The notes: generated from the letters alone by a model not told the origin. Numbered from the stretch's first letter, positions 30,131 to 44,549 are shown. The stretch: DNA of 64,000 nucleotides from Eledone cirrhosa (GCA_964016885.1 OZ024743.1:118606001-118670000), one strand, 5' to 3'. Program-made: numbers and translations.

Positions 30131-30568
30131 ATGGTGGCTGCCAACTCGTTTTCGAGTACGGCCACCACTTTATATCCATGTAGGAGAACCCATACCGATG
30201 GGCTGAACGAGTGTGACCTTTTAGTCCAGCCAGCGACTTGAAAACTCTGGTACAAACACTACACTTGTGACAATCATTGACACATAGTGCTGGGCACATG
30301 GTACTATGTGACGACAAGTGCAGAGAGATCTCCAGATATAAAGCAATGCCTGTGCTGTGAAGCTTTTATAGTGAGCAAAGGCACTGCACAAAGCCAGTCC
30401 CATTCTCTTAACCAAGATGATATTTACCAAAAAGAAGAACAAGTCAACATCATTGGATACCATCAGAGTTGCAGGTGTTAAGAGTCAATGGCCATCCAAA
30501 ATCACCGGGAGAGATGACCTCTTAGCCTTTGTCAAGGCAGAATTCTAGGAGAAAGAAAATTCTGATAT
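30131..30568 (-). mobile_element. RTE-related internally deleted element
   Basis: C-terminal C2H2 motif CSVCTRVFKSLAGLKGHTRSAH followed by a short UTR and (TATG)n tail. Confidence 0.55.
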
Positions 30569-30645
30569 AACATACATACATACATACATACATACATACA
30601 TACATACATACATACATACATACAAACATGCCTACATATATACAA

Positions 30646-31200
30646 GATGGCTGCCCCTCGTTATCGAGTATGGCCATTGCCCGATATAACATTATTAATA
30701 ATTATCAATTAATTCTATCGTGCAATGCCTTTGAGGAAAGACTGTGCACTGAGCCAATCCCACTCTCTGTACAACAGTAGCTATAACCCGAAAAGAAGAA
30801 AAGATCAGCATCCTCGGTAACTACTGAATCGTAGGTTTTATGTTGGAGTTATCCCAGTTTCCTGAGTTGCCTTCTCCTAGAAGAACGCCTTGTCAAAAGC
30901 TAGAGATCCTTCACTCCCCGTGGTTTAACCGCGTGATCGGGTATCCAGCCTGACTATTTCGATGTCCCCGCGCATATGCATACATATGTACATGTGTACA
31001 TACATATTTACACATTTTTGGATGGCTGTTGACTCTTACGAGTTCTTCCGCCCTTTGTTAGGTTTTGTTTTTTGTCCAGCTGGGTGTCCAAAATCACCCT
31101 CCACACCAAGTAAACTTGGCGGGGTTGCCGGTTTAGTCGCCAACGACCCGACCATGCGACAGGTTATATGGATTACATGTTACCAGTAGCACTCAAGAGT
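30646..31200 (-). mobile_element. Non-autonomous RTE-related repeat
   Basis: 30646-31055 matches 4229-4593; 31080-31210 matches ~17884-17996 in reverse orientation. Confidence 0.55.
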
Positions 31201-31249
31201 GACCTGACATAATATATATATATGCATGTATATATATATATATGCATGC

Positions 31250-31281
<32 letters not shown>

Positions 31282-31318
31282 ATACATTCATGCCTACATA
31301 ATTTCGTACACACATACA

Positions 31319-31374
<56 letters not shown>

Positions 31375-31392
31375 TATATATACATACATACA

Positions 31393-31437
<45 letters not shown>

Positions 31438-32102
31438 GTACATAAATACATACACACATACATACAAACATATACACAGATATATACACATACATACATG
31501 CATATATATATATATATATACGTACAAAAATACATACATACATACATACATACAAACATATACATAGACGTACATATATACATACATGCATACATTAATA
31601 CATACATACATAACTGTTTGTAATTTTGGCACAATGCCACCAATTACTCCAATGCATTACTGGTGCTTTATTTTATCGACCCCGTAATGATTGCATCTCA
31701 GTTTAGAGAATTGCCATCCCTTCACCATTTTCTCATACATGGGTGTCTTTAACATGACGTTTTCGCTCAGCTATGAACGTATAGTCCATTCTTCATATTT
31801 TGCAGATAAATAAAAAAGAAAGTGTATGCTATGCAACACATAAAAATCATTTCTATGCCTGTGCTTGACGCTTTTATAGTGAAGAGAGGCCTTCTAATTC
31901 AAAAAGAAGAGCAAGTCAACATCATTGGCTGCCATTCAGTCACAGGTTTTATATCAGAGTTTTCCTTCTAGAATAATGTCCTAACATGTACAGGGGTCAC
32001 TCTCTCCTGGGGGATAACAGCGCACCCAGACACAAAAATGTCCCTAAATAAATAAATACATACACACATACATAAATACATACATATATACATTATTATA
32101 GT

Positions 32103-32281
32103 ACGGTGGATTGGCAGTATCGGTAAAGGGTCGGACGCCATGCTTTGCAGCAAAGAGTTAGGGCCCTTTACGCTCTGAGTTCAAATCCCGCCGAGGTTAA
32201 CTTTGCCTTTCATGCTTACGGAGTCGATAACATAACGTACCATTGGGATAATTGCTGACCAAAAGTAGACACAATTTTTAT
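32103..32281 (+). mobile_element. tRNA-derived SINE
   Basis: ggtggattggcagtatcggta...gagttcaaatcccgccgagg... Confidence 0.8.
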
Positions 32282-32336
32282 AATCACCGTAATTAGTATC
32301 CTCAGTCATATATATATATATATGAATGGATATGTA

Positions 32337-32379
<43 letters not shown>

Positions 32380-32637
32380 GTGCGTGTGTGTATGTTTCTG
32401 TCCATATGTGTGTATGTATTTATTTATGTCCGTGGGTATATATATTAATGGCTATATATTTATATATATGCGTATATAATAATTAGAATGTGTGTTATTT
32501 TCTAAGCATACCACAAAAGGAAAGAAGGAATGAAAGTATGTCCTTTATTATACACTAAATATTGTCGGCACTCCTTATCTAGCTCAGTTATCACATTCAG
32601 AAATTAAACATAGCTATGCCAATGGCCCATAATAGAC

Positions 32638-32680
32638 GATAACAACAGATCAATTAGACTAAAATAAGGAAAATAATGTA

Positions 32681-32724
<44 letters not shown>

Positions 32725-32768
32725 TACATTATTTTCCTTATTTTAGTCTAATTGATCTGTTGTTATTG
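32638..32768. repeat. Inverted repeat centred on a (TA)n tract
   Basis: ataacaacagatcaattagac...aatgtattaa (TA)n ttaatacatt...gatctgttgttat. Confidence 0.85.
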
Positions 32769-32882
32769 TATATATAAATGTGCTCTTTTCTCTTATCCTA
32801 TATATAGTTTTAATATAGATGAGATTCTACAGGACTAGAACTGTTTCATTCTTTAGAATCCGATTCAACCCGGAATAACTTA

Positions 32883-32918
<36 letters not shown>

Positions 32919-33167
32919 TAGAAGTGGTTACACAACAGTTAGTTCACCATACCGAGAACAATTGTTTCACCTTAGCGGATCCTCAGCTCGTAATGAGCAT
33001 GGTTATACGGAACAGGAAGGACAACCCCCTTGAAAAGCAGAAGAACCGCGAAACCGGTATGTTGTCCTTCCTGTTCCGTATAACCATGCCCATTACGAGC
33101 TGAGGATCCGCTAAGGTGAAACAATTGTTCTCTGTATGGTGAACTAACTGTTGTGTAACAACTTCTA
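32919..33167. mobile_element. Rod-like fold-back insert with three hammerhead-like motifs
   Basis: Arms 32919-33025 and 33061-33167. CTGAGGA motif in both arms, TTGAAAA motif in the loop. Confidence 0.8.
33096..33133 (+). ncRNA. Minimal hammerhead motif (mirror on minus strand ~32953-32990)
   Basis: cgag-CTGAGGA-tccgctaaggt-GAAA-caattg-TT-ctc; the other arm reads ctcg. Confidence 0.65.
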
Positions 33168-33189
33168 TATATATATATATATAGGGTTC

Positions 33190-33453
33190 GAGAAGAGACT
33201 ACATTTTGTAACGAATGACCTTGGGATTTGGACCTAGAAAGTTCCCATCCGAGGCACTAGTCCGGGCAATATTGGTTTTGTGTAAGACCAGAGCCGATAC
33301 AGCTTAGCACCAGTGATGTGCCAAGCTGATTGAACTGGAGCAACGTCAAATAAAGTGTCTTGCTCTAGAACACAACGCAAAGGCCGATCGGAGAATCGAA
33401 CTCACAACCTCACGATTGTAAGCACGAGGCGCTCTAAATGAGTCATGCGCCTC
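33190..33453 (-). mobile_element. Second tRNA-derived SINE family
   Basis: Minus strand: gaggcgcatgactc...gtgagttcgattctc...gcgttgtgttctagagcaagacactttatt. Confidence 0.6.
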
Positions 33454-33454
33454 A

Positions 33455-33533
<79 letters not shown>

Positions 33534-34277
33534 TGAATGTATATATATAGCTGTGTGTGTGTTATTATCACTCCAATCAGAAGTAGCACCCACACTTCTT
33601 CAGGCAGTGCAGATGTTTGGGCAGGGCAAGAATGTAGGGTGGGACTTAGTCCAGGTATAGGTAAATGTTCATGTTTAAATGCTGAGTGGTTCGAGTTCCA
33701 GTGCTTGGTAGGTGTAGATCATTAGCCACTATGATCGTCTGTTAGTCTGAGGCAAAGGTGTGATTTTTGTATGTGGTCATTAGTTCAGTTTTCATTTATT
33801 AATATGTCCCTGTCGAAAAGTATGCAAGGTGTTTCGTTCGAGCACAAGTTGCATGGTCTCCTTCTTTTGTGTAGGATAGGTGCTGCTGAACGTCGTCCAG
33901 GGTAGTTGGTAGGGTATTCCATCTGTCCAGTCTAATACACATACTCAAGGCACGAAGCCACGCTCGATAATCTATATAACACGTAATGAAAATAAATCCA
34001 CTGAATAATAAAAATATTAATTCATAATATTATTTCAATTTACTTTATTATTGCCATGTTACGAGAATTTTTCTTTTCGTTCTTCCAGGATTGTGTCAGA
34101 CATTTTTGTGTCGTTTTAATTGATTAACCGCTTACCCCTAATTGTTGGTTTTGTATCAAAATTAGAAACCATTACTGCGATAAACTTCCTGCATCATGCC
34201 ATACATGTTATCAATTGAAACTACATAGGTTTAGCTATGAATTGAATTAATTATATTTTAGAAAAAAGTGTATTATA

Positions 34278-34876
34278 GGGCAGTGGATTGGCAGTATCGG
34301 TAGAGCGTCAGACAACATGATTCACAGCATAGACTTATGGCTCTTTACGTTCTGAGTTTAAATGCCACGGAGTCGCCAAAATAAAGCACAAGTAATGATC
34401 TGGGGTAATTGCTGGCCTTGTGCCAAACGTAGAAACAATTACATAAAAACGTTCATCATACTTATATGTCTAAGTGTGCACAATCGACCAGCGTTGCAAC
34501 AATGACCATGACGCTTATTCTCTACTGGCTCGAAAACATACTCCTTATTCGTGATAGTGTACAGAACGTGCTCGTCAATATATTCATTACAGTTATTTCC
34601 AAAGATCGACAAGTAAATCGGATTGTGTGAAACAGAGTTGTCTACAATGGTGTGCAACAGTTCGAAGTTGAAATGAACAGGCAGCAGGATGAGTGGCGAA
34701 TACTCCGTCACCATTATTTATTTTCATTGGCGGTATTGGTAGAGGGTCGGGCGCCATGCTTTGCAGCATAGAGTTACGGCCCTTTGTCTTTCATCCTTAC
34801 GGGGTCGATAAAATAAAGTACCAGTAATACACTGGGGTAATTGCTGGCCTTGTGCCTAAAAGTAGAAACAATTATT
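34278..34876 (+). mobile_element. Two internally deleted SINE copies (34278-34441, 34727-34876)
   Basis: Head and tail motifs of the main SINE family. Confidence 0.75.
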
Positions 34877-35229
34877 TATTTTCAATCGCTTAATACTAAC
34901 AAAACGATTTTTCATCAGTGTGACATTTGTCCCCGCACCTGTCTATCACATTTGATTTATATCACATCTGTGTATTGATTCGAGGTGTAATCGATATATA
35001 TATATATAATGTATAGAGGGAACGTCATCATCGAATTGACACACATACAGACGGTGCTAGAGACAGAACGTTGGAGATGATGTCTGACCGTCTTTCTTTT
35101 CCACCGTGGTCAAATTTGCCATTCAGTCCTCCGTGAGTCGATACACGAATTACCGGTCATGTTGTAGCTTCAGGGCAATCGACTTTCTTTTCAGGGAAAT
35201 TGTTAGCCACCGGTGTAAATTAGGATACA

Positions 35230-35253
35230 TTACTACTACTACTACTACTACCG

Positions 35254-35300
<47 letters not shown>

Positions 35301-35403
35301 GCCACTACTACTACTGCCACTACTACTGCCACTACTACTGCCACTACTACTACTGCCACTACTACTACTGCCACTACTACTACTACTGCCACTACTACTA
35401 CTG

Positions 35404-35477
<74 letters not shown>

Positions 35478-35478
35478 G

Positions 35479-35557
<79 letters not shown>

Positions 35558-35690
35558 AATCACCACCACCACCACTACAATCACCACCACCACAACCACC
35601 ACCAGACCACCACCACCGTCACAACAACAACAACTACTACAACTACTACTACTACTACTACTACTACTCCAACTACTACTACTACTACCA
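35230..35690. repeat. Compound (ACT)n/(GCC-ACT)/(ACC)/(CAA) microsatellite
   Basis: Read directly; explains the poly-T and poly-V ORFs. Confidence 0.95.
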
Positions 35691-35720
35691 TAATTGTTCT
35701 CATTATTATTGAGGTTAGTA

Positions 35721-36141
35721 GGGCGGTGGATTGGCAGTATCGGTAGAGCGTCAGACACCATGCTTTGCAGCATAGAGTTACGGTCCTTTACGGTCTGAGT
35801 TCAAATTCCGCCGAGGTTAACTTTGCCTTTCATCCTTACGGGGTCGATAAAATAAAGTACCAGTAATGTACTGGGGTCGATTTAATCGACTTTCCCTTCC
35901 CCCAAAATTACTGGCCTTGTGCCTATACTAGAAATCATTAATATTGAGGTTAATAGGGCGGTGGATTGGCAGTATCGGTAGAGGGTCTGACACCATGCTT
36001 TGCAGCACGGTCCTTTATGATCTGAGTTCAAATCACGCCGAGGTTAACTTTGCATTTTCATCCTTACGGGGTCGATAAAAATAAGGTACCAGTTATACAC
36101 TGGAATAATTGCTGGCCTTGTGCCAAAAATAGCGACAATTG
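35721..36141 (+). mobile_element. Two tandem SINEs with a triplicated target site
   Basis: Copies 35721-35940 and 35956-36141; attgaggtta at 35708, 35943 and 36144. Confidence 0.85.
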
Positions 36142-36489
36142 TTATTGAGGTTAATTATGATGTTACGTTTTTGTTGCCATTGTGGTGTTGGTGGTGGTGG
36201 TGGTGGTGGTGGTGGTGGTGGTGGTGGTGGTGGTGTTGTTGTTGTTATTGTTGTTCATGTTATTTCTTTGAATATAGGCGAAATATTAAATAAGGTTAAG
36301 AAAGCGAAACAAACACAAATAAATAACAGCATATAAACAAATATCAACTCAACAAGGAAAGTTTGGGGGTGGGCAAGATAATATTCTATAGCAAGTGATA
36401 AAGATCTTTAAAACAACAACAACAATATAAATGATACATCAAAAAGGGATTTCATTCTTTTCTCTATTGCCCTATATACCGTGTAGCCC

Positions 36490-37105
36490 CTCACTCTCTT
36501 TCTCCCTCACTCTCTTTCCTTTTCACACTCTTTCTCACTCACCTTCTTTCTTTCCTTCTCACTCTCTTCCTTTCCTTCTCCTTCTCTTCCTCACTCTCTT
36601 TCTCACTCACTTTCTTTCCTTCTCACTCACCTTCTTTTCTTCTCACTCTCTTTTTCCCTCTCCTTCTTTCCTTCTCATTCGTTTTCTTTCCTTCTCACTC
36701 TCTTTCTCACTCACTTTCTTTCCTTCTCACTCTCCTTCTTTCCTTCTCACTCTCTTCCTTTCCTTCTCACTCATGTTCTTTCCTTCTTACTCTCTTGCTC
36801 ACTCTCTTTCTTTCCTTCTCACTCTCTTTCTCACTCACTTTCTTTCCTTCTCATGCTCTTTCTCACTCTCCTTCTCACTCTTTCTTTCCATCTCACTCTT
36901 TCTTTCCTTCTCACTCTCTTTCTCACTCACTTTCTTTCCTTCTCATGCTCTTTCTCACTCTCCGTCTCACTCTTTCTTTCCATCTCACTCTCTTTCTCAC
37001 TCACTTTCTCAATCACATTCTTTTATTCTCACTCTCTTTCTCACTTTCTTTCTTCTCCTTCTCTTCACTCTCTCCGTCTCTGTCTCTCTCGCTCAATTTC
37101 CCTCT
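36490..37105. repeat. Degenerate polypyrimidine minisatellite (ctcactctctttc-like units)
   Basis: About 600 nt of almost only C/T with periodic cac. Confidence 0.85.
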
Positions 37106-37276
37106 CACACACATTAACAACCTTACAAGTATGAAAATGTCTAAAAACGGTCTATCTTTGGCCGATAAGCAACTTTATCTTTCTACTATTCATGATCATC
37201 TAGTGTGATAATTTATAACAGATTCACACAAATCATGGAAAGCTTCAAACTTAGATTAATAGCATTTATGAAAATA

Positions 37277-37345
<69 letters not shown>

Positions 37346-37513
37346 TAACTTCACGATGCTTTTAATGCGAGTTCTGTGTCCTTCAAAATACACTTTCGTA
37401 TGTGTATGTGTTGACTACACATGTAAATACACACATATATACGTAAACACATACACGTACGCAGAGACAAACTTGTACACAGCCACAATTACAAATATTC
37501 TCACACGTACACA

Positions 37514-37551
<38 letters not shown>

Positions 37552-37595
37552 TATAGACAGACACACACATGTATATATATCTATATATCTATCTA

Positions 37596-37629
<34 letters not shown>

Positions 37630-38000
37630 TATGTGTGTGTGTGGGTATGCAGAGAGAGAGGGAGAGAGAGGGAGAGAGAGGGGGAAGGGGATACAGAAAG
37701 AAAAAAATATCACATCGGATAAATAGCACCTGTAATTCCAAGGTCCAGTTTTTTAAAACACACTTGGTCTAGTAGACTGCAGCCTGGGACTACATTAAAT
37801 AAAGCGGTATCTATGGAATACTCCACCACACAAACTAATTGAATGAATAAGCAGTTCAGAACAAATTTTGAAATATAATTACAGATTTAATATATGGAGA
37901 AATATAGAAATATGTTTTGTAGGGGGATAACATCAAGGGAGATAACATCGAAACACTTCCTGTCTGGAATAGGTGTTGACGTTTCTACTGCAAATGGTGA

Positions 38001-38700
38001 AATGATAATGGTTTCTTATATAGGCATTAGGCCAACAATTTCGGGTTGGAGAAAGTCGATTAAATCGACACCAGTGCGTGACTGGTACTTTATTTTATCG
38101 CCCTCATAAGGAGGAAAGGCAAAGTTAAACTTAGCGGGATTTGAACTCAAATGGTGAAATAATAATTGTTTCTACTTTTGGTACAAGGCCAGCAATTATC
38201 TCAGTGCATTACTGGTACTTTATTTTATCGACCCCTTAAGGATGAAAGGCAAAGTTAACCTCGGCGGGATTTGAACTCAGATCATAAAGGGAGGTAACTT
38301 TATGCTTCAAAGCATGGCTGAAATAATAATTGTTTCTACTTTTGGCACAAGGCCAGCAATTAACCAGTGCATTACTGGTACTTTATTTTATCGACCCCGT
38401 AAGAATGAAAGGCAAATTTAACCTCGTCGGGATTTGAACTCAGAATGGCAAGGGCCATAACTCTATGCGTCAAAGCATGGCGTCCGACCCTCTACCGATA
38501 CTGCCAATCCACTGAAATAATAATTGTTTCTACGTTAGGCACAAGGCCAGCAATTACCCAGTGCATTACTGGTACTTTATTTTATCGACCCCGTAAGGAT
38601 GAAAGGCAAAGTCAACCTCGGCGGGATTTGAACTCAGATCGTAAAGGGACGTAACTATGCTGGAATGCATGGCGTCCGACCCTCTACCGATACTGCCAAT
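38001..38700 (-). mobile_element. Array of four SINEs
   Basis: Copies ~38001-38151, 38158-38319, 38322-38511 and 38516-38700, each starting tgaaat(a/g)ataat. Confidence 0.85.
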
Positions 38701-38866
38701 ATAATAATGAAACAATATATACTTAAGACTGATTGACCCAGTGACCTCTATTTTAATGTTTCCAACTCGCATAAAAAATTACACCTATTTACTGAACCAA
38801 CATGTACATACATTCTATTCTGATTAATTGGTTTCTCTCTTTATTATCCTTGCGGATTATCTTACA

Positions 38867-38906
<40 letters not shown>

Positions 38907-38920
38907 ACATGCATACAATT

Positions 38921-39122
38921 AACAAAGAAGCTGTGGTATGATACCAGGTGGACCACAGCGCACCAGAGTACTCGATACTTAGGGTAGTAGAATAGGTAAT
39001 AGGAAAAGAGTCAGCACCCCGAAGGCTGAGCTCCGGTCGTTTCGACAGCTAGATGCGAACTGTTCGGATCTAGCTGTCAAAATGGCCGGAGCTCAGCCGT
39101 TGGGGTCCTGAAACTTTTCCTA
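38921..39122. mobile_element. Diverged family F fold-back copy
   Basis: Extension with gagtactc, then hairpin taggaaaag...gacagctagat..atctagctgtc...cttttccta. Confidence 0.75.
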
Positions 39123-39129
39123 TATATAC

Positions 39130-39179
<50 letters not shown>

Positions 39180-39357
39180 ATGGGGTCAGATTATATAAAG
39201 GATCCTCGGGCGTCATGTCTGTGACATACATTCAGACTTCTGTGAAAGAAATAGCTTGTGGTATTTTTGTTATTTGCTTAGTTCTATGATTGTATCTGAT
39301 TGAGGAGAATATTGCTGTTGACAAACAAGTACGAAACATCTCTTCGAAAATATCATG

Positions 39358-39423
<66 letters not shown>

Positions 39424-39446
39424 TACATATATATATACATATATAT

Positions 39447-39491
<45 letters not shown>

Positions 39492-39629
39492 AGTGACTAC
39501 CGACAGCCGTACAAACGAATACATATATGCTTACACAATCACGTGAATAACCTCCCCCCATATATACATAAATGTCTATATATACACACACACTCACACA
39601 CACATATATATATATATATATATAATGTG

Positions 39630-39704
<75 letters not shown>

Positions 39705-39721
39705 TCGTATATACATATACA

Positions 39722-39787
<66 letters not shown>

Positions 39788-40122
39788 CACAGACGTAAGT
39801 GTTAACTGTTCGTAAATCTTATATGTGCTTGATAGAGTACATAGAGCTAACAGTATTTCTATTAGCCATGCTGAATGACCGATTATATTTCTTCTTAAAT
39901 AGTTTGTTGATTCACATTTTTTTCTTATATTTATTTTTGTAATATTTTTCTCAAGAGACAAATTATAACCTCAATGTACATATTCATTGCTTTCCTAAGA
40001 TTCCGTACGCAGGCAATAACATACATTCACACTCTTTACACAAATGGACATATGTTTGTGTGTTTTGAATATATTAAGAGAAAAACACATATGCTTTCTC
40101 TTTGTATGTATGCGCGCGTGTG

Positions 40123-40155
<33 letters not shown>

Positions 40156-40170
40156 ATATATATACATATA

Positions 40171-40214
<44 letters not shown>

Positions 40215-41483
40215 CGTGTGTTTTTGTTTTGCAAAGTTTCTGATGTGAAATCGTGTGTTGAATCCGAGATTGTTATATTTGGTAGTGTTCATGTTTCCTG
40301 TATTACAAATAACAGTAAGCACATGCATCATATGATTTTCACTGTTTCACTTTATCGTTACTACTAGGTGTTCGTTAGTTCGTCAAATTTCTTTCGTCAC
40401 ACATTTTGTGACCTATACAACAACTATCTTTTCTTTTGAGCCTCTGCATCATTTTGGTTTCAATATGCTACACCAATCTTTTATAATGGAGGGGCTGCAC
40501 GCGTGATGGTGTAATCATATTTCTACTCGTTTGTACGGGTGTCGTTAGGCATTTGTACGCATCGTGTAGTAGAATATTAAGACCAGAAAGAAGATAAAAA
40601 AATGAAAGAAATAATTGTTTGATAGATTTGATCAATAATCGAAATATTTGATTACTCGAGTTCTGCATATTTGATTACTCGAGACCTGAATTGTAACTCT
40701 CAGTGATTCTTTGTTTTTGATTTTTCTTCTTAACTCATTTTGCTTCATAGATCTGAAACCAAAACAAAACGGTGGATTTTATTTGAAAAAATACCACGAG
40801 TTCTTCAATACCATTTATCCCTCAAGTGTTCGTCTATTATCGTGAAGACACAAATATCAATGTTATCATCGGGGTGGACTACATAACATAGGATACATGA
40901 GAAGTGTAATAAAATCATGTTCATGGAGTGAACCATCAAAGATTACGTTAACATAAGCCGAGTTGAGTAGAATAAAATGAGTTGAATATTTGTTTTTTAC
41001 AATGATAATTTCATAATAGGCCTTCACTTCGAAAACAGTTATGCTATCAAATAATCTGTGGGGAAATAATAATATCTTCTCGGATATCTTCAATTTCATT
41101 TTAAGCATAATTCATTCTCTCAGCAAACTGGAAAATAAACGAATGCTGTCGAAGATTTAATAAAATTCGAGATCATTCAGTTGATCTTAACATTGAATCG
41201 TGAACAAAGCATCGGGCAAATATGAAAATATGTTTGCTTTTTGAAAGGCCGAATAGCGCATGTTAAAAATTAAATAGCTGAAAAACACGAAGAAATAACC
41301 TCTTGAGACGAAAATAAGCAGACAGAGACGCTTGCAGGAATCGAAAACCGCATCTGCCGTACGCCAGACAGTTGTAATAACGATAAAGATAAAATTACAC
41401 CATAGCGTTGCAATTAATTGACAACGGCACAACGAATTTGAGATACAACGCTTAAAATTAAATCATTTAAATTCATATGGATA

Positions 41484-41650
<167 letters not shown>

Positions 41651-41676
41651 TCTGTTTTTTTTCTGTTCAAGTTCTG

Positions 41677-41735
41677 GCTGTCTGATGAGGTCTTAGCTGT
41701 TGAATAATGCTTATCATCGAAATATGTATGACAGC
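41677..41735 (+). ncRNA. Hammerhead motif with mutated cleavage triplet, in a ~140-bp (TA)n-flanked insert
   Basis: gctgt-CTGATGA-ggt..atc-GAAA-tatgta-TG-acagc. Position 17 is G. Confidence 0.6.
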
Positions 41736-41786
41736 GAATATGATTAAACGAAGTTAATTTTAACCTGTTGACTTACACTTCTTGTT

Positions 41787-41888
<102 letters not shown>

Positions 41889-42394
41889 GAAATAAGTTTA
41901 CATAATTTCAACATATTTGGTCATTATAATCTACGACTGGTGTCCATTTGATGAGTAGGTTTTCTATTCTAGATAAAAGCAGAGTGATTTTTTAAAATCA
42001 TTTGATGCAAGAATTCAGTCAGTGCATTACACACATTTTTTTCTTTTGTGAATATAAAGATAATATATAACCTAGGTTTCCGTCATGTCTTAGAAGTGGT
42101 ATATGGTTGGTCGCTGTCATTGTTATTCAAAACACATTCGATTCGTTTTTCCATGATTTTTTCCCATCTAATAGTAACAACTCCTTATAGCGGTCTTGTT
42201 TTATTAAGATGGCAAAAGTTTGTAATACATAGGTACTTTTCTTTCTCTCACCTACTTAAAATTATTTTTCGTCGATAGATCCTGGACCTTGGAAAATGTG
42301 TTTTTTTCTCATGCTGCAAACTTTCGTTTTCATTACAGCTTTATCGTATGTTTTCTAATTTTTGTCATCATTGAAGTGACTTAAATGGAGATCA

Positions 42395-44110
42395 ACAAAG
42401 TATTCCCTGCACCTGGCGAGGATGAACCTCACTGAAGAGAGGAGCAGCGTTCTTGATAAGAGGTGTGGACGTGGATGGTCTGCCAGAACACTTTCTTTAC
42501 AGATCTGAAATCGGATTTCAACTTAACCCCAAAGTCCTTCCGTGTCTTAACATTTGACACCATTACTGTCACTGCTGCGATACATCGTGCCTGATTGTAT
42601 CGTAAGTGCATGAAGGAGGACTTATTTCAAAGCTAAATTTGTAAGCCTCATTCGTTGCTGGAATCGCATCTTTGAGCTTTTGAATAACCGATGGCTCTTC
42701 CTGCCCTCCAGCGCCACACCAAGCCACTTTCCATGCAGCATTTAACAGCTGAAGCAGAAACTGCTGAGCTGAACAATCTCCAATCTGTTTCAAGGTCCTC
42801 AGTTTGCTCTGGAATTTATCTGAATTTGGATATGATAGTATCTGCATACATGGTCCTGACTTCCTCATATACCATTGCTTCCCTCATTATCCAAGCTGCA
42901 GATAACTAGATGGTGATCTGCTGAAAGCTCAGCCCCACTCTTAACACGAACATCCAGCACAGAATCAAAGAGAACAGAGACAATAACAAAATCAATTATT
43001 GATCTCTGTCCCTGATACCCCTTGCATCATGTATATTGAAGGATGTCTCTGTGCTGGAAGTAGGTTTTCAAAATAGAGAGTCCATTGCTATAACAGAATA
43101 CTAGTATTCGTATTTAGATCGGGGAGGCGATTCCTACCAATAACTCCTTTCTATGTCAGGTTGTCAGTGCCAACATATCATTGAAGTTTCCAATCAGAAT
43201 ACATAACTCATCTAACGCTGCAATGACTTCATAAAGGATGGACTTGTATTTGGACTCCTTGTTTGGTGCATAAACTAACAGCACCAACAGAGACCTATCT
43301 TTCAACCTAAGCTTCAAGAGGAAGATCCCCCCCCCTCCTAACGGGATCCAGTCCATAACACATTCTGACAGCTGGGAACTTGTGAGTATCCCCACTCCCA
43401 CCTGTGCAGTCATTTTTGGCGCCACACCTGAATAGTAGAGTTTCCATTATCCGTCCATATCTACAGTATCAAAGCCCTGAACTTTGTTGTGGAAACTCCG
43501 ACTATATCTAGCTGGTAGAATCTAGCCTCCTCCACTAGTTCCTGTTCCTTACCTGTAAGGGTTGAGATGTTCCAGGTCCAAACTGATAAGGTTTGCTCCC
43601 TTCCGGACACTCTTTGGGGACTCAGGATAAGTAAACTTTGTGCGTCCATCCCACCCCTCTCAGGACAGGTTGCAGGCCTATTGAAAATGTTTGCAGCTGA
43701 AATGGAGACTGTAATATGTTTTTCGAACATGCCCTTCTCCTTAAGGCCTGAACGCGTCATTTGTTAAACCGCGCAAAAAACGATGTGGTATGTTTCGTGT
43801 TTGGTTTCCTAATCATATTTCATGCAAGTCCTCGATCTGGTCGTTTATGAAACCCCCGAAGATTAGGCTTTCTTTAGAGGCGGCCTTTATTCACCACGTC
43901 GTAGCTACATCACTGAGCTGTGAGAGCTCTCTTGGGAGTTACAAGTGTCACCCATTGCTCCAACGTCCCTAGTAGTTTACCGCTGTTGGTCCGAGGTTGC
44001 ATATTCGTCTGGCATTTGCCCGCTTATTTAACAACTAGCCATCATATTTGGTAGCTGTATCGCTATCCGCCACCTGCGAACCGTTCTCTAGAAGAACAGC
44101 TCTGCCGAGA
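42395..44110 (-). mobile_element. RTE-clade LINE 5' portion with APE endonuclease, decayed
   Basis: TWNISTLTGKEQELVEEA..LDIVGVSTTK; GVGILTS; LVYAPN; KVFWQTI. Many frameshifts. Confidence 0.8.
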
Positions 44111-44489
44111 GTATGTTAATATTGAATTCATAAATTGTTTCTCTTGTTAAATATAACATTTTCATCTTTCCATCTGGCACCTCATGATGGTATGAACTTT
44201 GCCAGTGTTACTTTTAGGCATGGGTAATTTTGACAAAACCACCAGTAATAGCATTACACTTACAATCACTTCTAAACTTCAGCCTCATTCTCATCCGCAC
44301 TATTTATACAAAGTGGTAAGCCGTTCAGTTCTATAACAGTAGTACAATGGGAAAATGGTGAACTCCTACAACGCTCAAGAAATGAAAATGATGCACACAC
44401 AAATACATGTACTTTTACGAGTTCCACTGGCTCTCTATGTTTACGTACGTATATATATATATATATATAGGTTTTCAGAGTTCGTTTTA

Positions 44490-44549
<60 letters not shown>

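Noticed and set aside
35106-35693. Mucin-like Thr-rich ORF
   Set aside because: Trinucleotide repeat with no splice or domain support.
35721-35815. tRNA-like A/B boxes
   Set aside because: SINE head with no cloverleaf; not a tRNA gene.
38001-38700. Repeat-spacer appearance (CRISPR-like)
   Set aside because: Units are SINE copies in a eukaryotic context, with no cas genes.
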